A stretch of 64,000 nt of DNA from an uncultured Nitrospiraceae bacterium (GTDB taxonomy: Bacteria > Nitrospirota > Nitrospiria > Nitrospirales > Nitrospiraceae), in NCBI GenBank assembly GCA_963706325.1, contig CAVPLT010000001.1, positions 1,152,001-1,216,000 of the forward strand, read 5' to 3'. Positions 22,196 to 32,290 of this stretch are shown piece after piece; positions within the stretch are counted from its first letter, which is position 1, and every line of letters starts with the position of its first letter. The notes below the pieces were generated by a model that was not told where the DNA came from, did not search any database, and saw only the letters and a list, made by a program, of their open reading frames with translations. Both the position numbers and the translations under genes were made by a program.

Positions 22196-23344
22196 CTAGA
22201 GGCCGGCATCCTTGCGCAAGACTTTGGCCTTGTCGGTCTTTTCCCACGTGAACTCTGGTTCGTTGCGTCCGAAGTGCCCGTAGGCGGCGGTTTTCTTGAA
22301 GATCGGCCGTCGTAGCTTCAAGTGGTCGATGATACCGCGCGGTGTCAGCGGGAAATGCTTTCGAACCAACTTGTCCAGGCTTTCCGGCGCCACTTTCTCG
22401 GTGTCTTTAGTGTCGACCAACACGGAAACAGGATCGGCCACCCCGATGGCATAGGCCAACTGTACCTCGCATTTGGAGGCCAACCCGGCGGCCACGATAT
22501 TTTTTGCGATGTAGCGCGCCATATAGGAGGCTGAGCGATCGACCTTTGAGGGATCTTTGCCGGAGAAGGCGCCACCGCCATGGCTGCCATGTCCGCCGTA
22601 GGTATCGACAATGATTTTTCGACCGGTGAGGCCGGAATCACCCATCGGGCCCCCGACCACGAATCGACCCGTCGGGTTGATGTGGTGCTTGACGCTCGTC
22701 GGATCGTACAACCCCTTGGGCATGGACGGCCTAATGACGTGCTCCATCAGATCTTTTTCGATCTGTTTGTTGGTCACATCCGGACTATGCTGTGACGAGA
22801 CGACGATCGTGTCGATGCGGAAGGGCTTGCCGTCTTTGTATTCCACCGTCACTTGGGATTTGCCGTCGGGACGAACCCACTTGAGAATCTTCTTCTTGCG
22901 TACCTCCGCCAGACGTTTGGTCAGCCGGTGGGCCAGCACGATCGGCATCGGCATCAGTTCGGTCGTTTCATTGGTGGCATAGCCGAACATGAGTCCTTGG
23001 TCGCCAGCGCCGCCTGAATCCACCCCCATGGCGATATCACCAGACTGTTGGTGGATGGAAGTCAGCACCGAGCAGGTGTTCGAGTCGAATCCCCACGTCG
23101 CGTCGTTATAGCCCACATCTTTAATCACCTCGCGAATGATGTCAGGGATCTCTACATAGGCTTTCGTCGAGATTTCTCCTGCGACGAATGCAATCCCGGT
23201 GGTCAGAATCGTCTCGCAGGCCACTCGCGAATACTTGTCTTGTGTGATGATGGCGTCTAAAATTCCGTCTGAAATTTGATCGGCAATCTTGTCCGGGTGT
23301 CCTTCAGTGACCGACTCAGACGTGAACAGATAGTTATGTCTCAT
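22196..23344 (-). CDS. metK: S-adenosylmethionine synthetase
   Basis: [31 protein letters not shown] and GGGAFSGKD. Start corrected to MRHNYLF, which follows AGGGGGA. Confidence 0.97.
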   Translation of the reverse strand: MRHNYLFTSESVTEGHPDKIADQISDGILDAIITQDKYSRVACETILTTGIAFVAGEISTKAYVEIPDIIREVIKDVGYNDATWGFDSNTCSVLTSIHQQSGDIAMGVDSGGAGDQGLMFGYATNETTELMPMPIVLAHRLTKRLAEVRKKKILKWVRPDGKSQVTVEYKDGKPFRIDTIVVSSQHSPDVTNKQIEKDLMEHVIRPSMPKGLYDPTSVKHHINPTGRFVVGGPMGDSGLTGRKIIVDTYGGHGSHGGGAFSGKDPSKVDRSASYMARYIAKNIVAAGLASKCEVQLAYAIGVADPVSVLVDTKDTEKVAPESLDKLVRKHFPLTPRGIIDHLKLRRPIFKKTAAYGHFGRNEPEFTWEKTDKAKVLRKDAGL

Positions 23345-23540
23345 TGTTCCCCCTGGAATTGAAGTGATTCGAGGATTCGGCGGTTGAGTTGAGGTGGCAC
23401 GACGACTGAATGTGGAAGACACTGCTCTCAGAATGATTAGCCAACTGCGCAGAAAACTGAAGCAATAGTAGCTGACTAGGCCCTATTTGTCCACCGATCA
23501 AAAGGATTCGATCAATTCGCGATCACGAGAACTCTCTTGC

Positions 23541-23570
23541 TTGACAGGTCTTCGATACGACTTGTAAGAT
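23541..23570 (+). promoter_or_regulatory. Sigma70-type promoter for the cytochrome c maturation operon
   Basis: TTGACA-18 nt-TAAGAT in the divergent metK/resB gap. Confidence 0.5.
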
Positions 23571-23741
23571 AGCTTACTTTTCGCGCATTTGGAACATTTT
23601 TCATAACAACGTTCTGCCCCGGAAATCCCCAACCTCGAGGTACCGGCCTGCATCGGCACAGTATCCCACACGCAGCGTACCATCGTTTATGATGATGGGG
23701 TCTGCATGATGGCAGGTCAAAGCAGGTAGGTCTTTTGATTC

Positions 23742-25172
23742 ATGAACAGTAAACCCGACGCAGCACCAGATTCGACGGCACCTATTCCTTCCCCCTCCCG
23801 ACTCGGTTGGGAAGAGTTTTCACGGGAGGTCGTGGAATTTTTCGCCTCGATCAAACTGGCTATGTTCCTTTTTATCGTGCTTGCCATGACGGCGACGATC
23901 GGAACGGTCATTCAGCAGGGGGAACGGCCGGAAACCTATGTGCAAGAGTATGGTGAGGATGCGTACCGCTGGTTCGTCCGGTTAGGTTTCATCGACGTCT
24001 ATCATACGTGGTGGTTCACCAGCCTGTTAGGGCTTCTCTGCGTTAATTCTCTCACTTGTTTCCATAAGCGATTTCCCAGCGTGTGGCGTTCTATGCGCCA
24101 GGATAAGGTCAGCGTGTCGTTGGCCTTCGTCCAAGGCATGAAGCAACAGGCGACGCTGTCGCTCAATCAGTCCAAAGAAGCCGTCGCGGAGCACTTGGTG
24201 CGGCTGCTCGCCGAAAAAGGCTATCGCGTGCTGGCCAAGAGTGATCCGGGTGAGGTGACGGTGTACGCCACAAAAGGGATCATGGGCCGCGTGGGTGCGC
24301 ACGTCGCACACCTGAGTGCGACCGTTATTGTTCTCGGAGGCTTATTGGGAAGCTACTATGGATTCCAGGAATTTGGGGTCTGTTTGGAAGGCCAGACCTA
24401 CCATATCCCACGTGGCAATTTCGATCTTCGGGTGGACAAGTTTTGGATCGATTACCATGAAAACGGATCGGTTAAATCCTATAACAGCACGCTCACGGTG
24501 ATCGATCAAGGAACTCAGACCGCGACGAAGACCATTACGGTCAATGATCCGCTGGTCTATAAAGGAATCTGGTTCTATCAGTCTAGTTATGGCGATGCGT
24601 GGGATCAGATTGAGGCGGCGAGGATTAACATCAAGGAAAAAAATCGCGATAAAATTGTCGCGACCGTTGATTTGGAATGGAATAAGGAAAAGGCTGTCGA
24701 GGGGCTTCCGCTCAAGATGAAGATGACCGATTTCGTCGCGGACTTCGCATTCAATTCGACTGAGAAAAAGGTCTTCTCCAAAACCGCTGAACATGCCAAC
24801 CCGGCAATTCGGTTGACGGTCGACGAGCGAAGCACAGTTCAGTCCACCCCCTGGGTGTTTTATCACTATCCCGATCTGTTTGAGATCAAAGATTCTGCCT
24901 ACCAATTTGAATTCATCGGGTATCAACCCAAAAAATTCACCGGTCTGCAGATCGCTAGAAATCCAGGCATCAATATGGTGTGGATCGGGTGTACGATGTT
25001 GGTGGTGGGCATGACGCTATCTTCCGTGATTTATCATCGCCGGCTGTGGGCGAAGATCGTACCCGGTGAATCAGGGGTCATGATGTATCTGGGCGGGACG
25101 ACACACAAGAGTCAGATCGACTTTCAAAAAGAGTTTAGGAAACTGACAGAAAAAATCCAGTCCAAGACGTAA
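23742..25172 (+). CDS. resB: Cytochrome c biogenesis protein ResB/Ccs1 (system II)
   Basis: FFASIKLA...IGTVIQQ, DVYHTWWF, conserved His (AHVAHL), VNDPL.YKG..FYQSSY and GLQIARNPG. Confidence 0.9.
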   Translation: MNSKPDAAPDSTAPIPSPSRLGWEEFSREVVEFFASIKLAMFLFIVLAMTATIGTVIQQGERPETYVQEYGEDAYRWFVRLGFIDVYHTWWFTSLLGLLCVNSLTCFHKRFPSVWRSMRQDKVSVSLAFVQGMKQQATLSLNQSKEAVAEHLVRLLAEKGYRVLAKSDPGEVTVYATKGIMGRVGAHVAHLSATVIVLGGLLGSYYGFQEFGVCLEGQTYHIPRGNFDLRVDKFWIDYHENGSVKSYNSTLTVIDQGTQTATKTITVNDPLVYKGIWFYQSSYGDAWDQIEAARINIKEKNRDKIVATVDLEWNKEKAVEGLPLKMKMTDFVADFAFNSTEKKVFSKTAEHANPAIRLTVDERSTVQSTPWVFYHYPDLFEIKDSAYQFEFIGYQPKKFTGLQIARNPGINMVWIGCTMLVVGMTLSSVIYHRRLWAKIVPGESGVMMYLGGTTHKSQIDFQKEFRKLTEKIQSKT

Positions 25173-25251
25173 TTTGGAAGTGCGTTGCCGTGCGGCAGTG
25201 AGGAACGATTCATCTGGTCCGCACTGCAATCTATGATAGACGGAGGCCTGT

Positions 25252-26166
25252 ATGATGCGTTCACTGTTCCTTTTCGATATGACATTCTGGCTCTACCTGG
25301 CCGGGTTGGGTTTGTATGTAGCGTACTTGTTTGCGAAACGTCCTGCCATGCAGCTGGCTCCGGCCGGGCATCCGACTGACAATATTGAAGAACGTGATGG
25401 CGCCTGGGCCACCCAATTGGGACAAGTGGCTACGCTAGTCACTGTGTTCGGATGGGTGCTGAATACCCTGGCACTGACGACGCGGGCGTTCGAGCGGATG
25501 GAGCATTCCGGCACGTTTGCGCCCTGGTCGAACCAGTTCGAGGCGATGGCCTATGTGTCCTGGGCGATTATCTTGGGCTACGTGCTTTTGGAGTTCCGAT
25601 ATAGGATCAAGGCTGTCGGAGCGTTTGTAGTCGGGATCGGATTCATCGCCATGGGCGCGGCATCGCTCTTACCCTATCGGTACCAAACAGCAGAGCCACT
25701 CGTGCCGGCCTTGAACAGCTATTGGATTTACATCCATGTCTCCGTCACCTTGACGAGCTACGCCGCCTTCGCCATGGCGGGAGGACTGGGCTTGATGTAT
25801 TTATTCAAAGAGCGGGCCGTCAATCGTGGAAGTCAGTCCCGTTTCTACGCCGCCTTTCCCGATCTCGAGACCATCGATGAACTTGGATACAAGGCCATCA
25901 TGCTGGGGTTTCCCCTGCTCGCATTCGGGATCATTTTAGGGGCGATGTGGGCCAATTATGCCTGGGGTGGTTACTGGAGTTGGGATCCCAAGGAAACCTG
26001 GTCGTTGATTGTCTGGCTGATCTATGGCGCTTACATTCATGCCCGCATGACACGGGGATGGGAGGGCCATCGGGCGGCTGTCTATGCGATCTTTGGGTTT
26101 CTTATGGTGATTTTCTGTTTCTGGGGAGTGAATTTTCTACTCTCTGGCCTGCACGCGTACGCCTAA
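25252..26166 (+). CDS. ccsA: Cytochrome c biogenesis protein CcsA/ResC
   Basis: WWD motif WGGYWSWDPKETWS, LVPALNSYWIYIHV and C-terminal GLHAYA. Confidence 0.93.
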   Translation: MMRSLFLFDMTFWLYLAGLGLYVAYLFAKRPAMQLAPAGHPTDNIEERDGAWATQLGQVATLVTVFGWVLNTLALTTRAFERMEHSGTFAPWSNQFEAMAYVSWAIILGYVLLEFRYRIKAVGAFVVGIGFIAMGAASLLPYRYQTAEPLVPALNSYWIYIHVSVTLTSYAAFAMAGGLGLMYLFKERAVNRGSQSRFYAAFPDLETIDELGYKAIMLGFPLLAFGIILGAMWANYAWGGYWSWDPKETWSLIVWLIYGAYIHARMTRGWEGHRAAVYAIFGFLMVIFCFWGVNFLLSGLHAYA

Positions 26167-26169
26167 CCC

Positions 26170-26793
26170 ATGGCTGATCAATTGAGTCAGAGTTCCGTCG
26201 GTGCGGCCCAGAAGTCTGGCCCGTCTCGAACCGTGGTCGTGCTGGCTGCCGCTGCCATTCTTGCGGTGATGTTTTTAATCGTCTGGCTGCAAAGTTCCAA
26301 GTATGAGCCGTTGCTGGTGGGCAAAGTGGCGCCTGATTTTCAGTTGCCAGATCTGAACGATAAGCAGCTACGGCTTTCAGACTACCGCGGCAAGGTGGTC
26401 TTTCTAAATTTTTGGGCGACGTGGTGCAAGCCTTGCCGGGAGGAAATGCCTTCGATGGAGGTTTTGTACAAGAACTTTGAGAAGGATGGGTTGATCATCC
26501 TCGCCGTCAGCATCGATCGTGTCACCACCAAGAAGGAAATTCCGCCGTTCGTCAAGGGGCTCAATCTCACGTTTCCCGTATTGATCGACTCCTGGGGGCA
26601 GACTGACAAACGGTACAAGTTGATGGGAGTGCCTGAAACCTACATCATCGACCAGCAAGGGGTTCTCCGGGAAAAGGTGATCGGACCTCGTGACTGGACC
26701 AGATTGGATAATCTCAAGGTGTTGACGCAACTCTTGAAGCCTGGAGAGAAGGCCGCGCGGGCATCCGCTGTTCAAGATGTTCCCGCGCTGTAA
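26170..26793 (+). CDS. Membrane-anchored TlpA/ResA-type thiol-disulfide oxidoreductase
   Basis: N-terminal TM helix, APDF, NFWATWCKPC and GVPET. Confidence 0.9.
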   Translation: MADQLSQSSVGAAQKSGPSRTVVVLAAAAILAVMFLIVWLQSSKYEPLLVGKVAPDFQLPDLNDKQLRLSDYRGKVVFLNFWATWCKPCREEMPSMEVLYKNFEKDGLIILAVSIDRVTTKKEIPPFVKGLNLTFPVLIDSWGQTDKRYKLMGVPETYIIDQQGVLREKVIGPRDWTRLDNLKVLTQLLKPGEKAARASAVQDVPAL

Positions 26794-26798
26794 GTGAA

Positions 26799-27359
26799 AT
26801 GATGAAGCGCTGGTCGTTACTGTTCATCATCGGTGCTGCTACGATGTTCGGGCTCCTCACCGCCAACATTCGCTCCGCCGATTCCTTGCCGCTTGGCTCT
26901 CCTCTCGCCGTTGTCGAGCGAGCACCGCAGGTTGATGATGAAGCGCCGAATTTTCTCCTGAAGGATTCCGAAGGGTTTAATGTCGCACTGGATCAGTTTC
27001 GCGGAAAAGTCGTTCTTCTGAACTTTTGGGCGACTTGGTGCGGTCCTTGCAAAGTCGAGATGCCGGCCATGGAGCGCCTGTATCGATCATTTAGTCGCAC
27101 GGAGTTTGAGATACTGGCTGTCTCGACCGACGCCCAGGGTGCAGCGGTTACCCGTCCGTTTCAACAGGAGGCGGGCTTTACCTTTCCCGTGCTCCACGAC
27201 GCCGATTTCAGGATCGGACTACGGTATGGCGCACGTCAGCTACCGATGACGTTTCTTCTCGATCGCAAGGGCATCATTCGCAACCGGATTCCAGGCGCCC
27301 GTGACTGGAACACGCCGGCTGGAAAACGGTTGGTGGAATCGCTTCTGCAGGAATCTTAA
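26799..27359 (+). CDS. Second TlpA/ResA-type thiol-disulfide oxidoreductase
   Basis: Signal/TM segment, APNF, NFWATWCGPC and LPMTFLLD. Confidence 0.9.
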   Translation: MMKRWSLLFIIGAATMFGLLTANIRSADSLPLGSPLAVVERAPQVDDEAPNFLLKDSEGFNVALDQFRGKVVLLNFWATWCGPCKVEMPAMERLYRSFSRTEFEILAVSTDAQGAAVTRPFQQEAGFTFPVLHDADFRIGLRYGARQLPMTFLLDRKGIIRNRIPGARDWNTPAGKRLVESLLQES

Positions 27360-27361
27360 GC

Positions 27362-28108
27362 ATGACCGACTCTGTACAGTCGATTTCATTGATCGCCGCT
27401 TTTTCCGCAGGGCTACTGTCTTTCGTCTCACCCTGCGTGCTGCCGCTGGTTCCCTCGTACATTTCATACATTACAGGTCTCTCGATTGAACAGTTGACCG
27501 ATGTGTCCGAGAGAAGCCGATTTCGGAAAGCGATCATTGTGAACTCCCTGTTGTTTATCGCCGGGTTCTCGACCGTCTTCGTTGCCTTCGGAGCTTCAGC
27601 CAGCTTGCTGGGGCAAGTCTTGATGACATATCAGGAGCACTTGCGGCGGTTCGGCGGGATCGTCGTAATTGTGTTTGGCCTGTACCTGCTCGGTATTCTG
27701 AACTTGAACTTTCTAAAAATGGAGCACCGCTACCAGTTTCGAAGCCGACCGGCTGGATTGCTCGGCTCATTTTTGATCGGCATCGCGTTCGCCGCGGGCT
27801 GGACTCCCTGCGTGGGTCCCGTATTGGGAACCATTCTGCTTTACGCCAGCACAACAGAATCGATGTATAGTGGAGTGGTGTTACTCACATGTTACTCGTT
27901 GGGTCTGGCGTTGCCCTTATTTTTGACGGCACTCGGTGTCGATCGATTTCTCAGCTACTTTAAGGAAGTGCGGGCATACCTCTGGGGTGTGTCGACCGTG
28001 AGTGGAGTGATGCTGATTGTGGTGGGCGTGATGATTTACGCGAATTCGCTCACTATGATCACGAGCTTTCTTGAACGATACGGGATCGGCTGGTACCTCG
28101 GACAGTAA
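27362..28108 (+). CDS. ccdA: Cytochrome c biogenesis protein CcdA
   Basis: AGLLSFVSPCVLPLVP and GWTPCVGP, six-TM pattern. Confidence 0.93.
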   Translation: MTDSVQSISLIAAFSAGLLSFVSPCVLPLVPSYISYITGLSIEQLTDVSERSRFRKAIIVNSLLFIAGFSTVFVAFGASASLLGQVLMTYQEHLRRFGGIVVIVFGLYLLGILNLNFLKMEHRYQFRSRPAGLLGSFLIGIAFAAGWTPCVGPVLGTILLYASTTESMYSGVVLLTCYSLGLALPLFLTALGVDRFLSYFKEVRAYLWGVSTVSGVMLIVVGVMIYANSLTMITSFLERYGIGWYLGQ

Positions 28109-28220
28109 CTCCGACGTTCTTCTCCCTCCTCGGTGATCTCCTCCAAAGGCATAAGGTATGTGAGCCTCAGAACCCGGAACACTGGATCTCACCTGTGTGT
28201 TTTGCGATTGGGATAGGCGC

Positions 28221-29429
28221 ATGGCTGATAGGCAAGAAAGCAGAACTTACGATGTCGTAATTGTCGGTATGGGTCCGGGCGGTGCGTCCGCGGCGTCGGC
28301 ACTCAGCCGTGGCGGCTTAAGTGTGCTCGGGTTCGACAAAGAGACGCATCCTCGTTACAAGGTCTGCGGTGGCGGCCTATCTGCACGCGTCGCCCAGCTG
28401 TTGGATCCCGGGTTTCAGTCGGTGGTTGAGCATGCGGTGAATGGAGTGCAGTTCGTCTATCAAGGACAGGACCCCATCCTCATTGAGTCCTCGGAACCCA
28501 TTGCATACATGGTCATGCGGGACCGCTTCGACCAGTACCTCCTCCAACAAGCCCGGTGCGCAGGGACCGATATTCGCAATGGCGAAGGGGTGATCGCCGT
28601 CCGGCAAGAATCAGACGGCGTAACGGTGGTCACCGAACGCGGGCAATATTGCGCAAAGATCGTGATTGGGGCAGACGGAGCCAATAGTCTCGTCGCCCGA
28701 TGCCTCTTTCCCCATCGCTCACAGTATCGCGCCCCGGCGCTAGAAAGCGAGGTGCCCATTGAGAAGGACGGTCACTACCCAGGTCCCTCCACGATACTGG
28801 TCGATGTGGGCGCCGCCCGCCAAGGCTATGGATGGATCTTTCCCAAGCAGAGTTGCCTGTCCGTGGGAGTCGGTGAATTTCGCCGCAAATCGACAGGGTT
28901 ACGTACCACATTCGACCGTTTCATTCAGGGTGAGCCAGCATTAACGAGATGGATAGTGCCCCGCCCGGTGGGGCATCCAATCCCTGTTTTTTTAGAGGGC
29001 GACGTGGGGCGAAGGGAGAAAATGCCGTCTCAGTTCGTCAGTGGTCGGGCATTGCTGGTTGGTGATGCGGCCCATCTGGTCGATCCCTTGTTTGGAGAGG
29101 GTATTTATTATGCCGTTCGTTCGGGGCAACTGGCTGCACGGGAGATTCTATCAGCCCCCCACGATCATACCGCCTCATTAGCCGGGTATGAGGCGGGGTT
29201 GGAACGGCACATCGTGCCCGACTTTCGGGTCACCGCTCGCATTGCGAAGGTGATCTATGCCTTTCCGCGCTTGGGCTTCAAGCTTCTTCGCCGTTATCAA
29301 GATGTCGTGCAATCCTATTATGGAGTGCTGCAGGGGCGTACCTCTGCTGAACAATTTCTGGCCCAGGCAAAGACCCGTGTCAAAGCCTCAGTGAATGATC
29401 TGTTGCTGGAAGCATTGCACTTGCGTTAG
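28221..29429 (+). CDS. Geranylgeranyl-reductase-family FAD-dependent oxidoreductase
   Basis: DVVIVGMGPGG, PRYKVCGGG, RDRFD, GADGANS, GYGWIFPK and LVGDAAHLVDPLFGEGIYYA. Confidence 0.88.
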   Translation: MADRQESRTYDVVIVGMGPGGASAASALSRGGLSVLGFDKETHPRYKVCGGGLSARVAQLLDPGFQSVVEHAVNGVQFVYQGQDPILIESSEPIAYMVMRDRFDQYLLQQARCAGTDIRNGEGVIAVRQESDGVTVVTERGQYCAKIVIGADGANSLVARCLFPHRSQYRAPALESEVPIEKDGHYPGPSTILVDVGAARQGYGWIFPKQSCLSVGVGEFRRKSTGLRTTFDRFIQGEPALTRWIVPRPVGHPIPVFLEGDVGRREKMPSQFVSGRALLVGDAAHLVDPLFGEGIYYAVRSGQLAAREILSAPHDHTASLAGYEAGLERHIVPDFRVTARIAKVIYAFPRLGFKLLRRYQDVVQSYYGVLQGRTSAEQFLAQAKTRVKASVNDLLLEALHLR

Positions 29430-29458
29430 AGCGGTGCGGTGAGGGTAGTGGTGTCCGG

Positions 29459-30379
29459 TCAGCACCACGCGCCGAGGCGACAGGAGACGAACGGTTGGCG
29501 TAGCGACAAACCTGGTACAGCGGGTTCGCGTCGGTCGGTCGATGCCGCGATCGAAGAGCTCCCCGACGATGGGGTTTTGGCTGCAAGCAGCTGGTTGGCG
29601 GGTTGGCTGTCAGCTGTCGGTGCGTCGGTCTTGGCCACAACCGCCGGCTGGGAGGAAGCAGGTTTCTTCTCCAGTTTGGCCAACAACCGACGACCATTTC
29701 CAGAAACTTCGCTGTTGGGATATTTTTCAGCCAGGAGCTGGAGCTTCTCCATCGCCCAATCAATGGCGCCGAGTTCCTGATAGGTCATAGCCAGATAGTA
29801 CAACGCTTCCGGCGCAACCTGCTTATCCGGATAGTCCTTCATGATCTGATCAAAACGATGGGCCGCTGCAAGATAGGAAGACCTGCGGTAATAAAACTGC
29901 CCGACGAATAGATGGGTCTTGGCCAGCCAATCGTGGCAGTCTTCCAAACGCTGGAGAGCTTGTCCCTCATATTTGCTGCCTGGAAATTCTTTGCGTAACT
30001 TTTCGAAGGCGGAAATGGCTTTTTGGATGGGTTCTGGGTCGCGATCGATCGATTTGCCCATACGGAGATGGCTCTCCGCCATTCTGAATTGCGCATAGAC
30101 CGCCAGTTGATGGGCGCGATGCAGCTCAAGAAAATGCTGAAACTCGACGATGGCCTCGGCGTACTCCTCTTTGTCAAAAAAGGCCTCGCCGCGCTTCATA
30201 ATCACATTCGGGTCGTAGTTCTTTTCGATGGTGTCGCCGAGGAAGATTTGCTCGTCAGTGCCACTGACGGGTTTGCCTTCAGCGGTGGTTTTGGGTTTGC
30301 TTGAGCAGCCGTCGGAAAAACAGAGGAGGGCCACCAGTACCGGGAGGTAGGCACACAAACCCCTTGAACGCAAAGGCAT
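29459..30379 (-). CDS. bamD: Outer membrane protein assembly lipoprotein BamD
   Basis: Lipoprotein-like signal (..SDGC), TPR helices, DRDPEP..KA, FPGSKY, GQFYYRR..YLAAAHRF and DYPD. Confidence 0.85.
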   Translation of the reverse strand: MPLRSRGLCAYLPVLVALLCFSDGCSSKPKTTAEGKPVSGTDEQIFLGDTIEKNYDPNVIMKRGEAFFDKEEYAEAIVEFQHFLELHRAHQLAVYAQFRMAESHLRMGKSIDRDPEPIQKAISAFEKLRKEFPGSKYEGQALQRLEDCHDWLAKTHLFVGQFYYRRSSYLAAAHRFDQIMKDYPDKQVAPEALYYLAMTYQELGAIDWAMEKLQLLAEKYPNSEVSGNGRRLLAKLEKKPASSQPAVVAKTDAPTADSQPANQLLAAKTPSSGSSSIAASTDRREPAVPGLSLRQPFVSCRLGAWC

Positions 30380-30483
30380 CCAACAACTCCTTCTCGTAGC
30401 TGAACTAGATGGTGATCGATCGTAACTATAAATTTTTTCTAGCAGATCGACGCCTGAAAAGCAACGGATTCAGCGTCTGGTGG

Positions 30484-30512
30484 TTGACCCTCTTGGGCGT
30501 GGGTCCTATAAT
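30484..30512 (+). promoter_or_regulatory. Near-consensus sigma70 promoter of fabH-DUF47-pit
   Basis: TTGACC-17 nt-TATAAT. Confidence 0.7.
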
Positions 30513-30584
30513 CTCGCCGCAGCTTGTGAGGCGCGGCCATGCCGCTCTGCAGGCGAACCTCAATGACATTTCAGTGGGGATCCT

Positions 30585-31577
30585 GTGACGCGCAGTCGTA
30601 TTGTTGGAACCGGTTCGTTCCTTCCCTTCCGGGTAGTCGACAATGAGGAGGTGGCAGCGCCTCTTGGGCTGGAGTCGAATCAGGTCGTGGCGTTGACCGG
30701 AATTCGGACGAGGCATTGGGCAGAGCCGGGACAAGCCTCATCAGATCTAGCGCTGGCGGCAGCGCAACGGGCCTGCGAGGCAGCAGGGTTGGCTCCAGAA
30801 TCGATTGAAGGGATTATCGTTTCCACGACCTCCCCAGATAGTGCCTTTCCATCCACGGCCTGTCATGTTCAACGAGCCATAGGGGCCAAATCGGTCATGG
30901 CCTTCGACTTGTCTGCCTCCTGTTCGGGGTTTCTCTATGGATTATCGATGGCCGATGTCCTGATCCGTAGCGGTCAGGTCCGAACCTGCCTGGTCATCGC
31001 ATCCGAAATCAAGTCGCGTTCCCTCAATCTCCTGGATAAAGAAACCGCCATTTTATTCGGCGACGGCGCCGGTGCAGTCGTGGTCGCTGCCGAGGACAGC
31101 ACGAGTCCGGATGCCCCCGGCATACTCGGCGTGCGTCTGTACGCGGAGGGCTCCGGCCACGACCTCATCACGATTCCAGCCGGCGGGTCACGACAGCCCA
31201 GCAGCCTCGAGGGGATGCGCGCGAAGGAGCATACACTACGGATGAGAGGCAGCGCCGTCTTTCGGTCCGCGGTGCGTCGTCTGGAGCAGGCAATGTCCAC
31301 TTTGTTGAAGGAGTTTGGCCTGACGGTTGGGGATGTCGCGCATGTGATCGCGCATCAGGCCAATGCGCGAATTCTGGAACAGCTTCGGCGTCGTCTCAGG
31401 CTCCCCCACGAGGCGCTGTACTCGGTCGTTGATCGCTACGGTAATACGTCATCGGCCTCGCTACCCATCGCATTGGATCATGCCGTGCGGGAACATCGTT
31501 TCGCAGCCGGGGATCTCCTGGTGCTGGGCGCATTCGGCGGGGGCATGACCTATGCCACAGGATTGGTACGCTGGTAA
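30585..31577 (+). CDS. fabH: 3-oxoacyl-ACP synthase III
   Basis: TGIRTR, DLSASCSGF (Cys), LFGDGAGA, HQAN (His), GNTSSAS (Asn) and AFGGG. Confidence 0.92.
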   Translation: MTRSRIVGTGSFLPFRVVDNEEVAAPLGLESNQVVALTGIRTRHWAEPGQASSDLALAAAQRACEAAGLAPESIEGIIVSTTSPDSAFPSTACHVQRAIGAKSVMAFDLSASCSGFLYGLSMADVLIRSGQVRTCLVIASEIKSRSLNLLDKETAILFGDGAGAVVVAAEDSTSPDAPGILGVRLYAEGSGHDLITIPAGGSRQPSSLEGMRAKEHTLRMRGSAVFRSAVRRLEQAMSTLLKEFGLTVGDVAHVIAHQANARILEQLRRRLRLPHEALYSVVDRYGNTSSASLPIALDHAVREHRFAAGDLLVLGAFGGGMTYATGLVRW

Positions 31578-31609
31578 TGTCGCTCGGCTAGAAAGGACGT
31601 AAAGACGTT

Positions 31610-32227
31610 ATGTTCGCTCTCATTCCTCGGGAAGAAGCCTTTTTCGACTTGTTCAAAAATGCGGCGCACAACATGATCGAAGGGAGTCGCCTCCTTAAGG
31701 ATATGATGGACGACTTCCGGAATCCGATCGAGAAGGCCCAACGCATCAAAGACGTCGAACATATCGGTGATGGGATTACCCATGAGATTGCGCGAAAACT
31801 TAACCTGACGTTTATCACACCCATCGATCGCGAAGACATCCACGACCTCGCCAGCGCGCTCGATGACATTTTGGATGTAGTCGAGGCCATCGCGGATCGC
31901 TTCGTTCTCTATAAGGTGGCGGCGCCCTCAGAGCCGGCGCTCCGACTGGCGAACGTGCTCTACCAAGCGTCGGTCGAAGTGGGCGCGACGGTGGATTTGC
32001 TCGGCAAATCGCATCCGGCCGTGACGGAGTGCAGCGTGCGGGTCAATAGTTTAGAAAATGAAGCCGATCGTATCTCCCGGGATGCCATCTCGTTGCTGTT
32101 CGAGAAGGAAACGGATCCCATCGCCGTCATCAAGTGGAAAGAGATCTACGAGAATTTTGAGGCGGGGACCGATCGGTGCGAAGATGTCGCCAATATTCTT
32201 GAGCGCATCGCCCTCAAGCATACCTGA
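31610..32227 (+). CDS. DUF47 family protein (PhoU-like Pit accessory)
   Basis: IKDVEHIGD, FITPIDREDI, LENEAD and DRCEDVA; directly upstream of pit. Confidence 0.9.
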   Translation: MFALIPREEAFFDLFKNAAHNMIEGSRLLKDMMDDFRNPIEKAQRIKDVEHIGDGITHEIARKLNLTFITPIDREDIHDLASALDDILDVVEAIADRFVLYKVAAPSEPALRLANVLYQASVEVGATVDLLGKSHPAVTECSVRVNSLENEADRISRDAISLLFEKETDPIAVIKWKEIYENFEAGTDRCEDVANILERIALKHT

Positions 32228-32290
32228 GCGCCTTCCGTGTCTCGTGCGACACTCATCCCAATCCATGGCAAAGGGTAGGAGCCGGCATGT

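Noticed and set aside
23345..23500. SAM or SAH riboswitch upstream of metK (or ahcY)
   Set aside because: No SAM-I (AUC...GAU core with kink-turn) or SAH (GAGGAGCG...AGGCUC) consensus is recognisable on the minus strand.
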